A DNA stretch of 64,000 nucleotides, from contig DATGKN010000161.1 in the NCBI GenBank assembly GCA_035294645.1, positions 102,428 to 166,427 on the forward strand, written 5' to 3'. Positions 10,513-20,399 of this stretch are shown here, piece after piece. Under the pieces are notes generated by a model. The model was not told where the DNA came from and ran no database searches. It was given only the letters and a program-made list of their open reading frames with translations. The stretch's first letter is position 1. Each line of letters starts with the position of its first letter. This DNA is from Chloroflexota bacterium (lineage in GTDB: Bacteria; Chloroflexota; UBA6077; JAJPHF01). The position numbers were made by a program, and so were the translations under genes.

Positions 10513-11457
10513 ATGTCGGTGTTACTCGCGTTCCTGCTGCTCTGCGCCTTCGGCCTGATCTTGCTCGGCCTGGCGCTACCGCTGACGGCCCGGGACCCGG
10601 TCGCCGCCCGCCTGGCACAGTTCGCCGAGCGGCCCCGCACCCTGGAGGAGTTGGAGCTCGAGCAGCCGTTCAGCGAGCGCGTGATCCAGCCGATCATCCG
10701 CAAGCTGGCGCGCTATGCCGAGCGGTTCACCCGGCGCGACAGCGGCCGTGCCCAGCAGCGCCGCAGCGAGCGGATCGAGCGCACGCGCAAGCGCCTGGTC
10801 CTGGCCGGCAACCCGTATCGCTGGACGGTGTCCGACTGGCTGGGCGTGAAGCTGTTCGTGGCGCTGGTCGGCGCTGGGGTGGGCGCGGTGTTCATGCTCC
10901 TGGTAGCCGACCCAACTTTGCTGCCGCTGGGCGCCCTGGCGGGCGGGGTGATCGGCTTCATCGCCCCGGAGTTTTGGCTCAGCCGTCAGATCGCCGCCCG
11001 CCAGAAAGAGATCGTGCGCGCGCTGCCGGATGTCCTCGACCTGCTGACGATCAGCGTCGAGGCCGGGCTGGGGTTCGACGCGGCGCTGGCGCGGGTGGTC
11101 GCCAAGAGCGACAACGCGCTCACCCAGGAGCTGAACCGCGTGATGGCCGAGATGCGCGTCGGCCGCCCGCGGCGCGAGGCGCTACGCGACATGGTGGCGC
11201 GCACCGAGGTGCCCGACCTGGCCAACTTCGTGTCGGCCCTCATCCAGGGCGAGCAGCTCGGGGTGAGCGTATCGCAGGTACTGCAGGTGCAGGCGGAGCA
11301 CCTGCGCGTGGTCCGCCGCCAGCGCGCGGAGGAGCAGGCGCAGAAGGCCCCGCTGAAGATGCTGTTCCCCATGCTCATCTTCATCTTCCCCGCGCTATGC
11401 ATCATCATCCTCGGCCCGCTGTGGCCGGCGGTGGTCAGCATGCGCTGGGGCGGCTAG
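10513..11457 (+). CDS. tadC: Flp pilus assembly inner-membrane protein TadC (T2SS F domain)
   Basis: Second GspF-like paralogue, overlapping tadB by 1 nt. Confidence 0.75.
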   Translation: MSVLLAFLLLCAFGLILLGLALPLTARDPVAARLAQFAERPRTLEELELEQPFSERVIQPIIRKLARYAERFTRRDSGRAQQRRSERIERTRKRLVLAGNPYRWTVSDWLGVKLFVALVGAGVGAVFMLLVADPTLLPLGALAGGVIGFIAPEFWLSRQIAARQKEIVRALPDVLDLLTISVEAGLGFDAALARVVAKSDNALTQELNRVMAEMRVGRPRREALRDMVARTEVPDLANFVSALIQGEQLGVSVSQVLQVQAEHLRVVRRQRAEEQAQKAPLKMLFPMLIFIFPALCIIILGPLWPAVVSMRWGG

Positions 11458-11479
11458 CACCCCACTGGCGGAGAGGAGC

Positions 11480-11947
11480 GTGGAGCGCGCCGAGCCCGTG
11501 CGAGCCACCGCACAGCAGGGCAGCTGGGGGCCGAGGGCCGCTTCGCCCCGGGGGCGGACCGTGCCGCCGTGGTCGCAGGTCCGCGTGGTCAATCTCGACA
11601 CTGGCCAGGAGCTCGCCGCGCGCGTGGCGGTGGCGCGCGCGTTCTGGCAGCGCGCCCGTGGCCTGCTCGGGCGGCGCGCGCTGCCCGAGGGCGAAGGGCT
11701 GCTCATCGAGCGCTGCCGGCAGATCCACATGCTGGGCATGGCGTTCGCCATCGACGTGCTGCACGTGCAACGGCTGTCCGCTACCGAGGGCCGCGTGGCG
11801 CGCGTGCTGCAGGCGATCCGCCCATTCCGCGTGGGCCCGCTAGTGTGGCGTTCGGACTACGTGATCGAGCTGCCGGCGGGTACCGCCACCCGTACGGGCA
11901 CACGGGCCGGCCACCGCATCGCTCTGGAGCCGGTGGAGGAGGCGTGA
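11480..11947 (+). CDS. DUF192 (COG1430) domain protein
   Basis: VVNLDTG...AVARAFWQRARGLLGR...GLLIERCRQIHMLGMAFAIDVLHV matches the DUF192 pattern. Lies 23 nt after tadC. Confidence 0.6.
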   Translation: MERAEPVRATAQQGSWGPRAASPRGRTVPPWSQVRVVNLDTGQELAARVAVARAFWQRARGLLGRRALPEGEGLLIERCRQIHMLGMAFAIDVLHVQRLSATEGRVARVLQAIRPFRVGPLVWRSDYVIELPAGTATRTGTRAGHRIALEPVEEA

Positions 11948-12093
11948 GAGCGCGGGCGGCACACAGCGCAGATCCCCTCGCCAGCGTCGCTGAGCCCCCC
12001 CGCCCTATTTCCCCGTCCCTCACTGGTGGGAGCGAGGCGGGACGGCAAGCGCACCGATCCCCGCAGGCTCAACCGACCGCGGTATCGGCGGCG

Positions 12094-13695
12094 GTGGGGC
12101 ATATCGCGCCCGCCGAGTGGCGCTGGCTTGCCGCGCTGGGCGCGGGGCTCGGCGCCCTGCTGGCGGTGCCCTACGCCGTGTGGCTGCTGGCGGGGCCTGC
12201 CGCGCTGGTCCATATCGGCAGCTTCTGGTACCCGCGCGACTTCATGGTCTACCTGGCGGCCATGCACCAGGGCGCCGAGAGCCCGAGCTGGCTGATCGTC
12301 GACCGCTTCACGCCCGAGCCGCATGCGCCCGTGTTCATGTTCCCCGTGTATGTGGCGCTGGGCAAGCTGGCTGCGCTGCTCCGCGTGCCACTGCTGGCGG
12401 TGTACTACGCTGCCGAGTGGGGCGGGCGGCTGGCACTCCTCGCGGCGCTCTACGGCTTCGCCGCGGCGTTCCTGCCTACCGTCGGGCAGCGGCGGCTGGC
12501 GCTCGGGCTCATGCTGATGGGCACCAACCTGGGCCTTTGGGCGGCGCTCGCGCTGCTGGCGCTCCAGCCCGCCGCGGCATCGCCCGAGGCACTGGCCCTG
12601 GGCGCCAGCCTGGAGGTGACCACGCTCGGGGTCTTCTTGGCGCCACTCCACTTGATGCTCGGCCTGGCCTGCACACTGTGGGCCGTGGCGGCCTATGCGG
12701 CAGCGACCACCCCGGGCGCCGGCGCGCGGGCCTGGCTCGCGCTCACGGCCGCTATCCTTGGCCTCGGGCTGGTCCACCCCTTCAACTTGGCGGTCGTCGT
12801 CGGGGTGTTGGCCAGCCATGCGGCGCTGGAGGGCGTGTCCACGCGCTGCTGGCCGAGCCGCGCCGCCCTGGCGGTGGCCGTGGCCGGCGCGGTAGCGCTC
12901 CCGTTCGTGGCGTACAACTACGCCACGTTTCGCCTGGATCCGTTCTGGAGCGTGGTGTACAGCGCGCAGAACGAGGTGCCCAGCCCTGCGCCACCACGGC
13001 TGCTGATCGACTACGGGCCGGTGCTGTGGCTAGCGCCGCTGGCGCTGCGCGCCTGGCCGCGGCCGTGGTCGAGCCGGCAGCGCTTGGTGCTGCTGTGGGT
13101 GGCGCTGCTGCTCGTGGCGCTGTACGCACCAGTGCCGTTCCAGCGCCGGCTGGCGTTCGGCCTGCAGCCCGGGCTCGCCGTGCTGGCCGCCGCGGGGCTC
13201 GCCTGGCTGGGCCTGCAGCTAGCGCCCCCGGGGCGGCGCCGGCTGGGGATCGCCCTACTGCTCGCCGGGCTGCCCACGGCCGCCTTCCTGTACGCGGGCA
13301 TGGTGCTGTCGGCCGCCACCAACTACCCGGTCGAGGTGTACGCGGCGCGGCGTGACGAATGGGCCGCTGGTGAGTGGCTCGCCGCGCACATGGCGCCCGA
13401 TGAGGTGGTGCTAGCCACCGAGGAGAGCGGGTTCTGGCTGGCCGCGTTGGTGCCCGGCCGCGTGTTCCTGGGCCACAAGGGGATCACCTACGACGTGGCC
13501 GACAAGCGCGCGGTGGTCGACGCCGTGCTGACCGCCTCGCCCGGGGAGGTCGCCCGGATGCTCGCCGCCCATGGCATCCACTACCTGTACTACGGCCCGC
13601 GCGAGCGTGCCCGCGGGCCGCTGGCGGAGGCACCGGGCCTCGTGCTGGTGTACCAAACGCCCGAGGTGGCGATCTACCGCGTGGCGATACGGTAA
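12094..13695 (+). CDS. Large multi-pass membrane protein, possible GT-C-like glycosyltransferase
   Basis: About 12 TM helices plus a soluble C-terminal domain. The in-frame ORF runs from 11569 but overlaps the DUF192 gene in another frame. The start is placed at GTG 12094, before the first TM helix, and is uncertain. Confidence 0.45.
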   Translation: MGHIAPAEWRWLAALGAGLGALLAVPYAVWLLAGPAALVHIGSFWYPRDFMVYLAAMHQGAESPSWLIVDRFTPEPHAPVFMFPVYVALGKLAALLRVPLLAVYYAAEWGGRLALLAALYGFAAAFLPTVGQRRLALGLMLMGTNLGLWAALALLALQPAAASPEALALGASLEVTTLGVFLAPLHLMLGLACTLWAVAAYAAATTPGAGARAWLALTAAILGLGLVHPFNLAVVVGVLASHAALEGVSTRCWPSRAALAVAVAGAVALPFVAYNYATFRLDPFWSVVYSAQNEVPSPAPPRLLIDYGPVLWLAPLALRAWPRPWSSRQRLVLLWVALLLVALYAPVPFQRRLAFGLQPGLAVLAAAGLAWLGLQLAPPGRRRLGIALLLAGLPTAAFLYAGMVLSAATNYPVEVYAARRDEWAAGEWLAAHMAPDEVVLATEESGFWLAALVPGRVFLGHKGITYDVADKRAVVDAVLTASPGEVARMLAAHGIHYLYYGPRERARGPLAEAPGLVLVYQTPEVAIYRVAIR

Positions 13696-13762
13696 AAAAA
13701 CCCGTTTTCGGCCGCCATGAGCCTATCCCCATGCCACACGGCGAGCCGCCGCACACCGCCGC

Positions 13763-14905
13763 CTAGCGCGGGATGGGGCCCAGCACCTCGCGCGCGTAGC
13801 GCACGAAGCGGTCGTCGACTAGTTGCTCGGGGGGAATCGGCTGGGCAAGCTGGAGGGTGCCGTTGGCTATCAGCACCCGCTGCTCGTCGAGGATGAGGTC
13901 GAGCTGGATCTCCAGGTTGGGGTCCCAGGTGTACGGAACCTGGTCGCGGAGCACCGCTTCCGACGCGCCGGTGTGCTGCTGGAAGGCCGCGAGGTTCTCC
14001 GGCGTGAACAGGCGGTCGGGGTAGCTGACGCCCAGCTCCGGCCCCTGGATGTCGCGCACGCCGCGCAGGGTGGCCACCATCCAGCGGCGCGCGGCCTCCT
14101 CGCGCTCGCGAATGAAGTGGCCGGAGTACATCACCACCGTGGTCATGCGCAGGGGAGCGATCTCGGCCAGCAGTTTGGCCGCCACCCCTTGTTTGAGCGC
14201 GCGGGTCGCGAACGGCTCGGCGGTGATGGCCGCATCGATAGCACCCGTGGCGAACGCCGAGGCGTGGTCGGGGAACGGCAGCGTCACCATCTCCACGTCG
14301 GTTAGCGCCAGGCCATCGCGCTCCAGGGCCCGGGTGAGGAGATACTCGACGATAGCGCCGCGCGTGTTCACCGCCACACGGCGCCCGCGCAGGTCGGCCG
14401 GAGAGTGCACCGCACCGCTCTCGACCAGGTCGCGGCGGGCCAGTAGGGGCAAGGCGCTATCCTGGCGCGGCAGGATGCCCATCGGCGCCACGATCCGGAT
14501 GTCCAGGCCACGCTCGAAGGCGTTGAAGGTCCCGGCGCTGATGGCGCCGAGGTTGACGTCCACGTCGCCGCGCGCCAGGGCGGGCACGACATCGGCACCG
14601 CCCGCGAAGTTCTCGAAGGTGAGCTCTAGGCCCAGCTCGCGGTAGTAGCCGCGCGCCTCGGCCACGTACACCGGCGCGTAGGCGATGGCGGCGGTCTCCG
14701 CCACCCGCACGGTCTCCAGCAAGCGCGGGGCAGGAGACGTGAGGAGCGGTGTGGCGGCCGAGGCCGCGACGTCCCCACGCGCGCCCGTCGCCGCTGCCGG
14801 CGTGACGGGCGCCTGGCCCGCGGGTACGGCGCAGCCGGCCACCAGTAGGCCACCGGCCAAGAGTGCCCCCAGGGCGAATAAGGCGGACACTCGCCAGCCT
14901 GGCAT
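13763..14905 (-). CDS. NMT1/SsuA-like ABC-type solute-binding lipoprotein (nitrate/sulfonate/bicarbonate family)
   Basis: Lipobox LLVAGCA, then the SsuA/NMT1-family fold (YAPVYVAEARGYY...DVNLGAISAGTFNAFERGLDIRIV). ATG at 14905 with a GGAGGAGGAG SD. The longer ORF to 15475 overlaps the MFS gene. Confidence 0.75.
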   Translation of the reverse strand: MPGWRVSALFALGALLAGGLLVAGCAVPAGQAPVTPAAATGARGDVAASAATPLLTSPAPRLLETVRVAETAAIAYAPVYVAEARGYYRELGLELTFENFAGGADVVPALARGDVDVNLGAISAGTFNAFERGLDIRIVAPMGILPRQDSALPLLARRDLVESGAVHSPADLRGRRVAVNTRGAIVEYLLTRALERDGLALTDVEMVTLPFPDHASAFATGAIDAAITAEPFATRALKQGVAAKLLAEIAPLRMTTVVMYSGHFIREREEAARRWMVATLRGVRDIQGPELGVSYPDRLFTPENLAAFQQHTGASEAVLRDQVPYTWDPNLEIQLDLILDEQRVLIANGTLQLAQPIPPEQLVDDRFVRYAREVLGPIPR

Positions 14906-15015
14906 GCTCCTCCTCCCCAGCACCACTCCGCTCGCCGGGAAGCGTACGGCGGCGGGCCACAGCGAGTCTACCGTATCGGCACGCGCCTGCCGGCGGGAAC
15001 GAACCGCACCGCGGC

Positions 15016-16245
15016 CTATGGCGTGGCCGGCTCGCGCACCAGCCGCAGGGCGACCAGCCCCGTGGCTAGTAGCAGCGCGGTGACCGCGGCGAACGGCGCC
15101 CACAGCGCGAAGCGGTCGAGTAGCCAGCCGCCGCCCAACGGGCCCAACGCCGCGCCCGCGTAGCGCACCGCGGCGTAGGTGCCCACGGCGGCGCCCCGTT
15201 GCTGGGGCCACCACTCGACCATCAGCACGAGCTGGGTCGCCGCACTGGCGCCGAGCGACAGGCCGAACAGGCCCTGGGCCAGTACCAGCCACAGTACAGC
15301 GCCCGGCCCCGCGACGAGTAGCAGCACGAGTGTGTAGCTGCCCAGGGCCAGCGCGCTCCCCGCGATGCCCGCTAGTGCTACACGCCGCCGTCCCCAGCGA
15401 TCCGACAGCCGGCCCAGCACCGGCGCCCCGAACGACACGCCGAGCGTCTGGGGGAGCAGCAGCAGGCCGGTCCACTGGGGCTCCAGGTGCGCCGTTGTGC
15501 TCAACACGGCGGGGGCGAACGTCAGGAGGCTGAAGTGGGCACAGTACTGCGCCGCGCCGAGCAGGGCCACGGCCAACGTGGCCGGCTGCGCCAGCACCTG
15601 GGCGATCGAGCGCGCGGTGAACCGCTCGCTGGGCGCGCGCAGGGGCGGCAAGAGCGTCAGTACCCCCCCGGCAGCCAACGTCCCGAGCCCGGCCAGCACC
15701 AGGAAGTCAACCTGCCAGACCAGCCCGAGGGCGATGACGGCCGAGCCCACCAGCGGCCCGGTACTGGCTCCCAGGGCGTTGAACATCTGGAGCGTGCCCA
15801 TGGCCGCGGCGCGGCGAGCGGGCGGAAAGCGATCGCTGACCAGCGCCCCGCCCACCACGAGGCCAGCCGCCACCCCGATGGCCTGGAGGCTCCGTGCTAG
15901 CAGGAACACGCCGATGCTCGGCGCCCAGGCCCCTAGTAGGCTGGCCACAACGTACAGCCCCAAGCCGCCCGCGAGCACGGCCTTGCCCGAGAAGCGATCG
16001 ACCAGGGGGCCGTAGAGCAGCTGGCTAACCGCCAGGACCAACCCAAAGGTGGATACGGTGGCCCCGGCCAGCGCGTTGGTCGTGTCGAACGTGGCCCGCA
16101 GGGCAACCAGCGAGGGCGTGTAGATCGAGACCGAGGCCGGGCCGAGAAAACTGGCGAGCCCGGCCAGGTACAGGAAGCGCCACTCGTGGGCCAGCGCGGC
16201 CTGCCCCGCCGTCCCCTCGGCCCCCGGCGAGCGCCCCGGGCTCAC
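15016..16245 (-). CDS. MFS transporter
   Basis: 12-TM MFS pattern. GTG start with a GGAGGGG SD just downstream of the ppm stop. Confidence 0.75.
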   Translation of the reverse strand: MSPGRSPGAEGTAGQAALAHEWRFLYLAGLASFLGPASVSIYTPSLVALRATFDTTNALAGATVSTFGLVLAVSQLLYGPLVDRFSGKAVLAGGLGLYVVASLLGAWAPSIGVFLLARSLQAIGVAAGLVVGGALVSDRFPPARRAAAMGTLQMFNALGASTGPLVGSAVIALGLVWQVDFLVLAGLGTLAAGGVLTLLPPLRAPSERFTARSIAQVLAQPATLAVALLGAAQYCAHFSLLTFAPAVLSTTAHLEPQWTGLLLLPQTLGVSFGAPVLGRLSDRWGRRRVALAGIAGSALALGSYTLVLLLVAGPGAVLWLVLAQGLFGLSLGASAATQLVLMVEWWPQQRGAAVGTYAAVRYAGAALGPLGGGWLLDRFALWAPFAAVTALLLATGLVALRLVREPATP

Positions 16246-16267
16246 CGTTCCCCTCCAGGCGGCGCGC

Positions 16268-16987
16268 TCAACGGTGGTTGACGCGGTTGCCGAGCCGCTC
16301 GCACAAGCGTTCTCCATACAGGATGGCCAGCTGCTCGAGGTACGCCAGGACCTCGCGGGGCGTGAACTTGCTGAAGCCGTGCTTGCGATCGGTGAACACG
16401 TACGGCACCTCGATGCAGCGACGGTAGCGCGCGCGGGCGATGACCTCCAGGCCGATCTTGAAGCCGATGGGGTTGAGGCATACGCCTTCCAGCGCGCGCC
16501 GGCGGACGACGAAGAAGCCCGAGGTGGCGTCGCGCACAGGGGTGAGCCCGCGCGCCAGCAGGTTAGCAACCAGTGAGACGAGCTGCCGTGTGCGCGGCCA
16601 GTCTTCCATCCCCCCACCGGGAATATAGCGGCTGCCCACGACCAGGTCGACCGTGGGGTCGTTGAGCAGTTGGCCGACCATCGCGATCAGCGCCTCGGGC
16701 GGGTGGCTGAGATCGGCGTCGAGCACGGCGATCAGGTCGCCACAGGCAACAGGCAGCGCGTCGACGACGGCGGAGGCCAGTCCGAGCTTCGCGGACCGGC
16801 GCAGCACACGCACGGGGTAATGGGCCGCCAGCGCCTCGGCCACCGCGGCGGTACCGTCTGGCGAGTTGTCGTCGACCACGAGGATCTCTACTTCCAGCCC
16901 GGCCTGGTCGCACGCGCGCGCCAGGCGCGAGACGAGCGTGGGCAGCGTCTCGCGCTCGTTGTAGGTGGGGACAATCACGGAGAGCAT
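16268..16987 (-). CDS. Polyprenol-phosphate mannosyltransferase (GT2, dolichol-P-mannose synthase-like)
   Basis: LSVIVPTYNERE...ILVVDDNSPDGT...DADLSHPP...VVGSRY are canonical GT2 DPM1-like motifs. GGAGG SD at the ATG at 16987. Confidence 0.8.
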   Translation of the reverse strand: MLSVIVPTYNERETLPTLVSRLARACDQAGLEVEILVVDDNSPDGTAAVAEALAAHYPVRVLRRSAKLGLASAVVDALPVACGDLIAVLDADLSHPPEALIAMVGQLLNDPTVDLVVGSRYIPGGGMEDWPRTRQLVSLVANLLARGLTPVRDATSGFFVVRRRALEGVCLNPIGFKIGLEVIARARYRRCIEVPYVFTDRKHGFSKFTPREVLAYLEQLAILYGERLCERLGNRVNHR

Positions 16988-17183
16988 GCCCGAGCCTCCG
17001 CGGACGTACGTCCTCATTGTACGGCCCCCGCGGGCGGCCTGCCGCCGCAGCGCAGCGCCCGCGAAGCCATCGAGCCGGCATAGCAAGGCCATCACGCTGC
17101 CGCCGCGCGGCCTTCCCAGCGCCCCTGGCTCGATACCATACTGCTACACGGCAGGAGACAGCCGGCACCGCAGGAGGAGAGAA

Positions 17184-17507
17184 ATGTCCAGCGGACAAAC
17201 GGGCCGCGGCGAGGCCAGCGAGCAGTCCGGCGCGGGTGCACCGCCGGCGCCGGAGACCGCCTGCGCCCTGTGCCGCGCACCGCTGCCACCTGGCCACCGC
17301 TACCTCTGCGCCGCGTGCGTCGCGGCCAGCGAGCGGGTCGCGACGGCGATCCTCGCTCGCACTACCGCGCCGACCATCGGCCCGGGCGACGCAGCGGTAC
17401 CCGAGCCCGCGGCGAGCGACGAGGAACCCGATACCTGCCCCACGTGCGGCATGCGGCTGGATCCCAGCGGGCGCTGCGCCGGCTGCGTGACCACGGTGCG
17501 GCGCTAG
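17184..17507 (+). CDS. Small zinc-ribbon protein (CxxC...CxxC...CPTCG...CAGC)
   Basis: ATG with a GGAGGAGAG SD. Four Cys pairs. No other domain. Confidence 0.45.
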   Translation: MSSGQTGRGEASEQSGAGAPPAPETACALCRAPLPPGHRYLCAACVAASERVATAILARTTAPTIGPGDAAVPEPAASDEEPDTCPTCGMRLDPSGRCAGCVTTVRR

Positions 17508-17512
17508 CCGCG

Positions 17513-18382
17513 TCAATCGAGCGGGGCGGGCGCGCCGCGCGGGCCCGCCAGCTGGGCGATGCGCCGCCGGGCACGGCGGAGATCGGCGTACAGCCCGCTG
17601 AGCACGAACAGGCCAGCGGCGACCAGCACAACCGTGGCGCCCGAGGCGACATCGAAGAAGTAGCTCAGGTAGATCCCGGCCGCCCCACATAGCGCGCCGA
17701 TAGCGGTGGACAGCAGCATCATACGGCCGAAGCTATGGGTGAGCTGCCGCGCGATCACCGCAGGGATCACCAGCGCGGCGGCGATAAGGGTCACGCCCAG
17801 CACCTGCATCGAGGCAACGATGGTAGCCGCCAGCACCAGGGCGAGGAGCGTATCCATCCATGCGGTCGGCACCCCATGCACCTCTGCCACCTCGGGGTCG
17901 AACGTAGCGAACAGCAGTGGCTTGTAGGCGCAGAACACCGCCATCCCACAGCCCACGGCCGTGGCGGCCACCACCAGCAAATCCTCGCGGGCGACGCCCA
18001 GCACGTTGCCGAACAGCGCGGCCTCGAAGTTGGTGGTGAACTGGCGAGCGTGACTGATGATCGCCACGCCGAGGGCGAAGCTGGCGGTCGTCACGATGCC
18101 GATGGCGGCATCCGCCCCGATACGGCGCCGGCGCACCGTCTCGTTGATCAGCAGGGCCGAGAGCACCCCCCACACGCTCGCCGCGAGGTAGAAGTTGAGG
18201 TGCAGCACGTAGCCGAGCACGGCCCCGCCGAAGATCGAGTGTGACAAGCCGTGCCCGATGTAGCTCATGTGCCGCAGTACCACGTACACGCCCACCAGGC
18301 CGCACAGCCCGCCCGCCAGCACCGCCGCGAGCAGCCCACGGGTGAAGAACTCGTAGCCGAACGGCTCGACCAGGTTCGGCAT
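17513..18382 (-). CDS. Metal ABC transporter permease (ZnuB/MntB/TroD family)
   Basis: ABC-3 family TM pattern. ATGA overlap with the upstream ATPase gene. Confidence 0.8.
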   Translation of the reverse strand: MPNLVEPFGYEFFTRGLLAAVLAGGLCGLVGVYVVLRHMSYIGHGLSHSIFGGAVLGYVLHLNFYLAASVWGVLSALLINETVRRRRIGADAAIGIVTTASFALGVAIISHARQFTTNFEAALFGNVLGVAREDLLVVAATAVGCGMAVFCAYKPLLFATFDPEVAEVHGVPTAWMDTLLALVLAATIVASMQVLGVTLIAAALVIPAVIARQLTHSFGRMMLLSTAIGALCGAAGIYLSYFFDVASGATVVLVAAGLFVLSGLYADLRRARRRIAQLAGPRGAPAPLD

Positions 18383-19248
18383 CAGGAACTCCGCCGGCTG
18401 GGCGATTCCTGCACGGCCGCGGCAGGCGTCGTGGGCCAGGGGTGGTCGATCACCACCGCCACGTCGCCCTCGCGCACGACGCGCAGCGGGGCGTTGTACA
18501 GCCGCGAGAGCACCTCGTCGCGAAACACGACCGAGGGCGGCCCGTGGGCGATGACCGTGCGATTGAGACACACGAGGTAGGGCAGGTGCGTGGCCACAGC
18601 GTTCAGCTCATGGGTGGACAGCACGATGGTGGTCCCCTGCGCTTGAAGCTCGGCCAGCAGGTGGAGGATCTCGTGCCGCGTGCGGATGTCGACGCCACTA
18701 GTCGGCTCGTCGAGCAGCAGCAGGCGGGGCTGGCGGAACAGGGCGCGCGCCAGGAACACTCGCTGCTGTTGGCCGCCGGAGAGCTCGCGAATGTGGCGCC
18801 GCTCTAGCCCCGCGAGGCCCAACCGCGCCAGCAGCACGCGGGCCTCGGTGCGCGCGCGGCGGCTCGTCCAGGGCCAGGGGCCTAGCGCCATGGCGCGCCC
18901 CATCAGCACCACTTCCTCGACGGTCACCGGGAACGACCAGTCCACCGTTTCCACCTGCGGGACGTAGCCCAGCAGCGCGCGGCAGCGGCCGACCGGCTGG
19001 CCATCGATCAGGACCATGCCCGCCACGGGCTTGACCAAGCCCAGCGCCGCTTTGAGGAACGTGGTTTTGCCGGAGCCGCTGGGCCCGACTAGCCCCACCA
19101 GCTGCCCAGGCGCGATGCGCAGCGTGATGTCCTGCAGGACCGGGGGCCCATCGTAGCTGCAAGTGACCCCGCGGAACTCCAGCTGCACCCCGCGCGGGGC
19201 AACCGCGCCATCGTCGCCCCACGGCAGGGAACAGAGCCGCTCAGCCAT
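18382..19248 (-). CDS. Metal ABC transporter ATP-binding protein (ZnuC/MntA family)
   Basis: Walker A GPSGSGKTT, LSGGQQQR signature and Walker B LLLDEP. Its start overlaps the cbtA stop. Confidence 0.8.
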   Translation of the reverse strand: MAERLCSLPWGDDGAVAPRGVQLEFRGVTCSYDGPPVLQDITLRIAPGQLVGLVGPSGSGKTTFLKAALGLVKPVAGMVLIDGQPVGRCRALLGYVPQVETVDWSFPVTVEEVVLMGRAMALGPWPWTSRRARTEARVLLARLGLAGLERRHIRELSGGQQQRVFLARALFRQPRLLLLDEPTSGVDIRTRHEILHLLAELQAQGTTIVLSTHELNAVATHLPYLVCLNRTVIAHGPPSVVFRDEVLSRLYNAPLRVVREGDVAVVIDHPWPTTPAAAVQESPSRRSS

Positions 19249-20014
19249 ATCGCGATGGCAACGGGGGCGAGGCCAGCGGGCCACCACCAGCCCGCGCGGG
19301 GCCAGCGGCCCGGCTGCCGCGCGCAAGCAGCAGCCCGAACACAACGCCCAGCACCCCCCACAGCACGCCCTGGCCAGCCAGGCTCGCCACGCGGAAGGGC
19401 ACGACGATGTCGGCTGGCAGCGTCACCGGGTCGGGAGGAGGCGGCATGACCAGCAGGAGCACCGCGGCGTAGACCGCATACGCTCCCACGGCGCCGGTCA
19501 GCGCGGCGCGCCCACCGCGTGCCCGCAGGAGCTGATACACGCCGCTAGCCACCACCAGGCCGCCGAAAGACAGAACCCAGAACAACAGGAACAGCGCCTG
19601 GCGGGAGCCGATAGTCTCCGGGTCGCCCACCCCAGGAGGGTTGGCCGGGTATTTCAGCAGGGGCAGCAGGCCGATCAGCCAGCCGACGATCAGCGCGGCC
19701 AGCAGCCCGTTGAGCCCTGGGCCCACGCGCGGCAACTGCGGGCGCACGAGCGCGCATCCTGCGCCCAACAGTAGGCCCAGGAAGGCCCCGTATAGCACCG
19801 AGCCGATCAGCAGCCCCACGCGCTGCATCTCCCGCGTCACTACCTCGGGCTCGGGTGCGAGGCCCTCCGCAGCGTGGTGGGCCGCTTCGAGCGCGATCGC
19901 CCGCTCGATGAGCGGCTCGGAGAGCAAGAAGTGGAACAGGCCGAAGACGAGGCCCGCTACTAGCCCCGCTCCCACAGCGGCGAGCACGATGGTCCGGGTA
20001 CGCAAGCCGGTCAC
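19241..20014 (-). CDS. cbtA: Cobalt transporter subunit CbtA
   Basis: About 250-aa 5-TM protein with an N-terminal His-rich loop (EAAHHAAEG). Lies immediately after cbtB, downstream of a B12 riboswitch. Confidence 0.7.
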   Translation of the reverse strand: MTGLRTRTIVLAAVGAGLVAGLVFGLFHFLLSEPLIERAIALEAAHHAAEGLAPEPEVVTREMQRVGLLIGSVLYGAFLGLLLGAGCALVRPQLPRVGPGLNGLLAALIVGWLIGLLPLLKYPANPPGVGDPETIGSRQALFLLFWVLSFGGLVVASGVYQLLRARGGRAALTGAVGAYAVYAAVLLLVMPPPPDPVTLPADIVVPFRVASLAGQGVLWGVLGVVFGLLLARGSRAAGPARAGGGPLASPPLPSRYG

Positions 20015-20092
20015 GCGGCCCTCCTAACTGCCCCGGCGCGGCGCGAGCACCTGGCCGGGGGCAATCCACAACCCCATCCACCAGCGCCGGCC

Positions 20093-20296
20093 TCAGTGGC
20101 AGGGGAAGCCGGCCGCATGGCGCATGTCGTGGACTAGCTCGTGGATGAGGTTGAGGTCGAAGGCCTGCTGGCCCTGGACCAGCGCGAGGGTCTGCCCCTG
20201 GTCGAAGCCGAGTACGAACAGCCCGAACAGCCCGAGTAGCAGGAGCAGCCAGACACGCGGGGATACCGCAACCGGAGTAACAGCGAGCGGACGCAT
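20093..20296 (-). CDS. cbtB: Cobalt transporter subunit CbtB
   Basis: 67-aa single-TM protein ending in the His/Cys-rich tail HELVHDMRHAAGFPCH. GGAGGAG SD. Confidence 0.7.
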   Translation of the reverse strand: MRPLAVTPVAVSPRVWLLLLLGLFGLFVLGFDQGQTLALVQGQQAFDLNLIHELVHDMRHAAGFPCH

Positions 20297-20399
20297 CACA
20301 CTCCTCCCCGGGGTCCGCAGCGCGGCCCCGTTCAACGTCGCTCGCGCCGCGGCCACAGGAAGGCAACCAAGGCCCTAGCGGGCCGTGCTTGCCGCGCCG

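Noticed and set aside
11569-12093. N-terminal 175-aa extension of the 708-aa ORF
   Set aside because: It overlaps the DUF192 gene in a different frame and is Arg/Ala-rich junk. The first TM helix begins after GTG 12094.
14906-15475. Upstream extension of the SBP ORF to 570 aa
   Set aside because: No signal peptide at that start. It overlaps the MFS gene 3' end. ATG 14905 has a strong SD and a lipobox.
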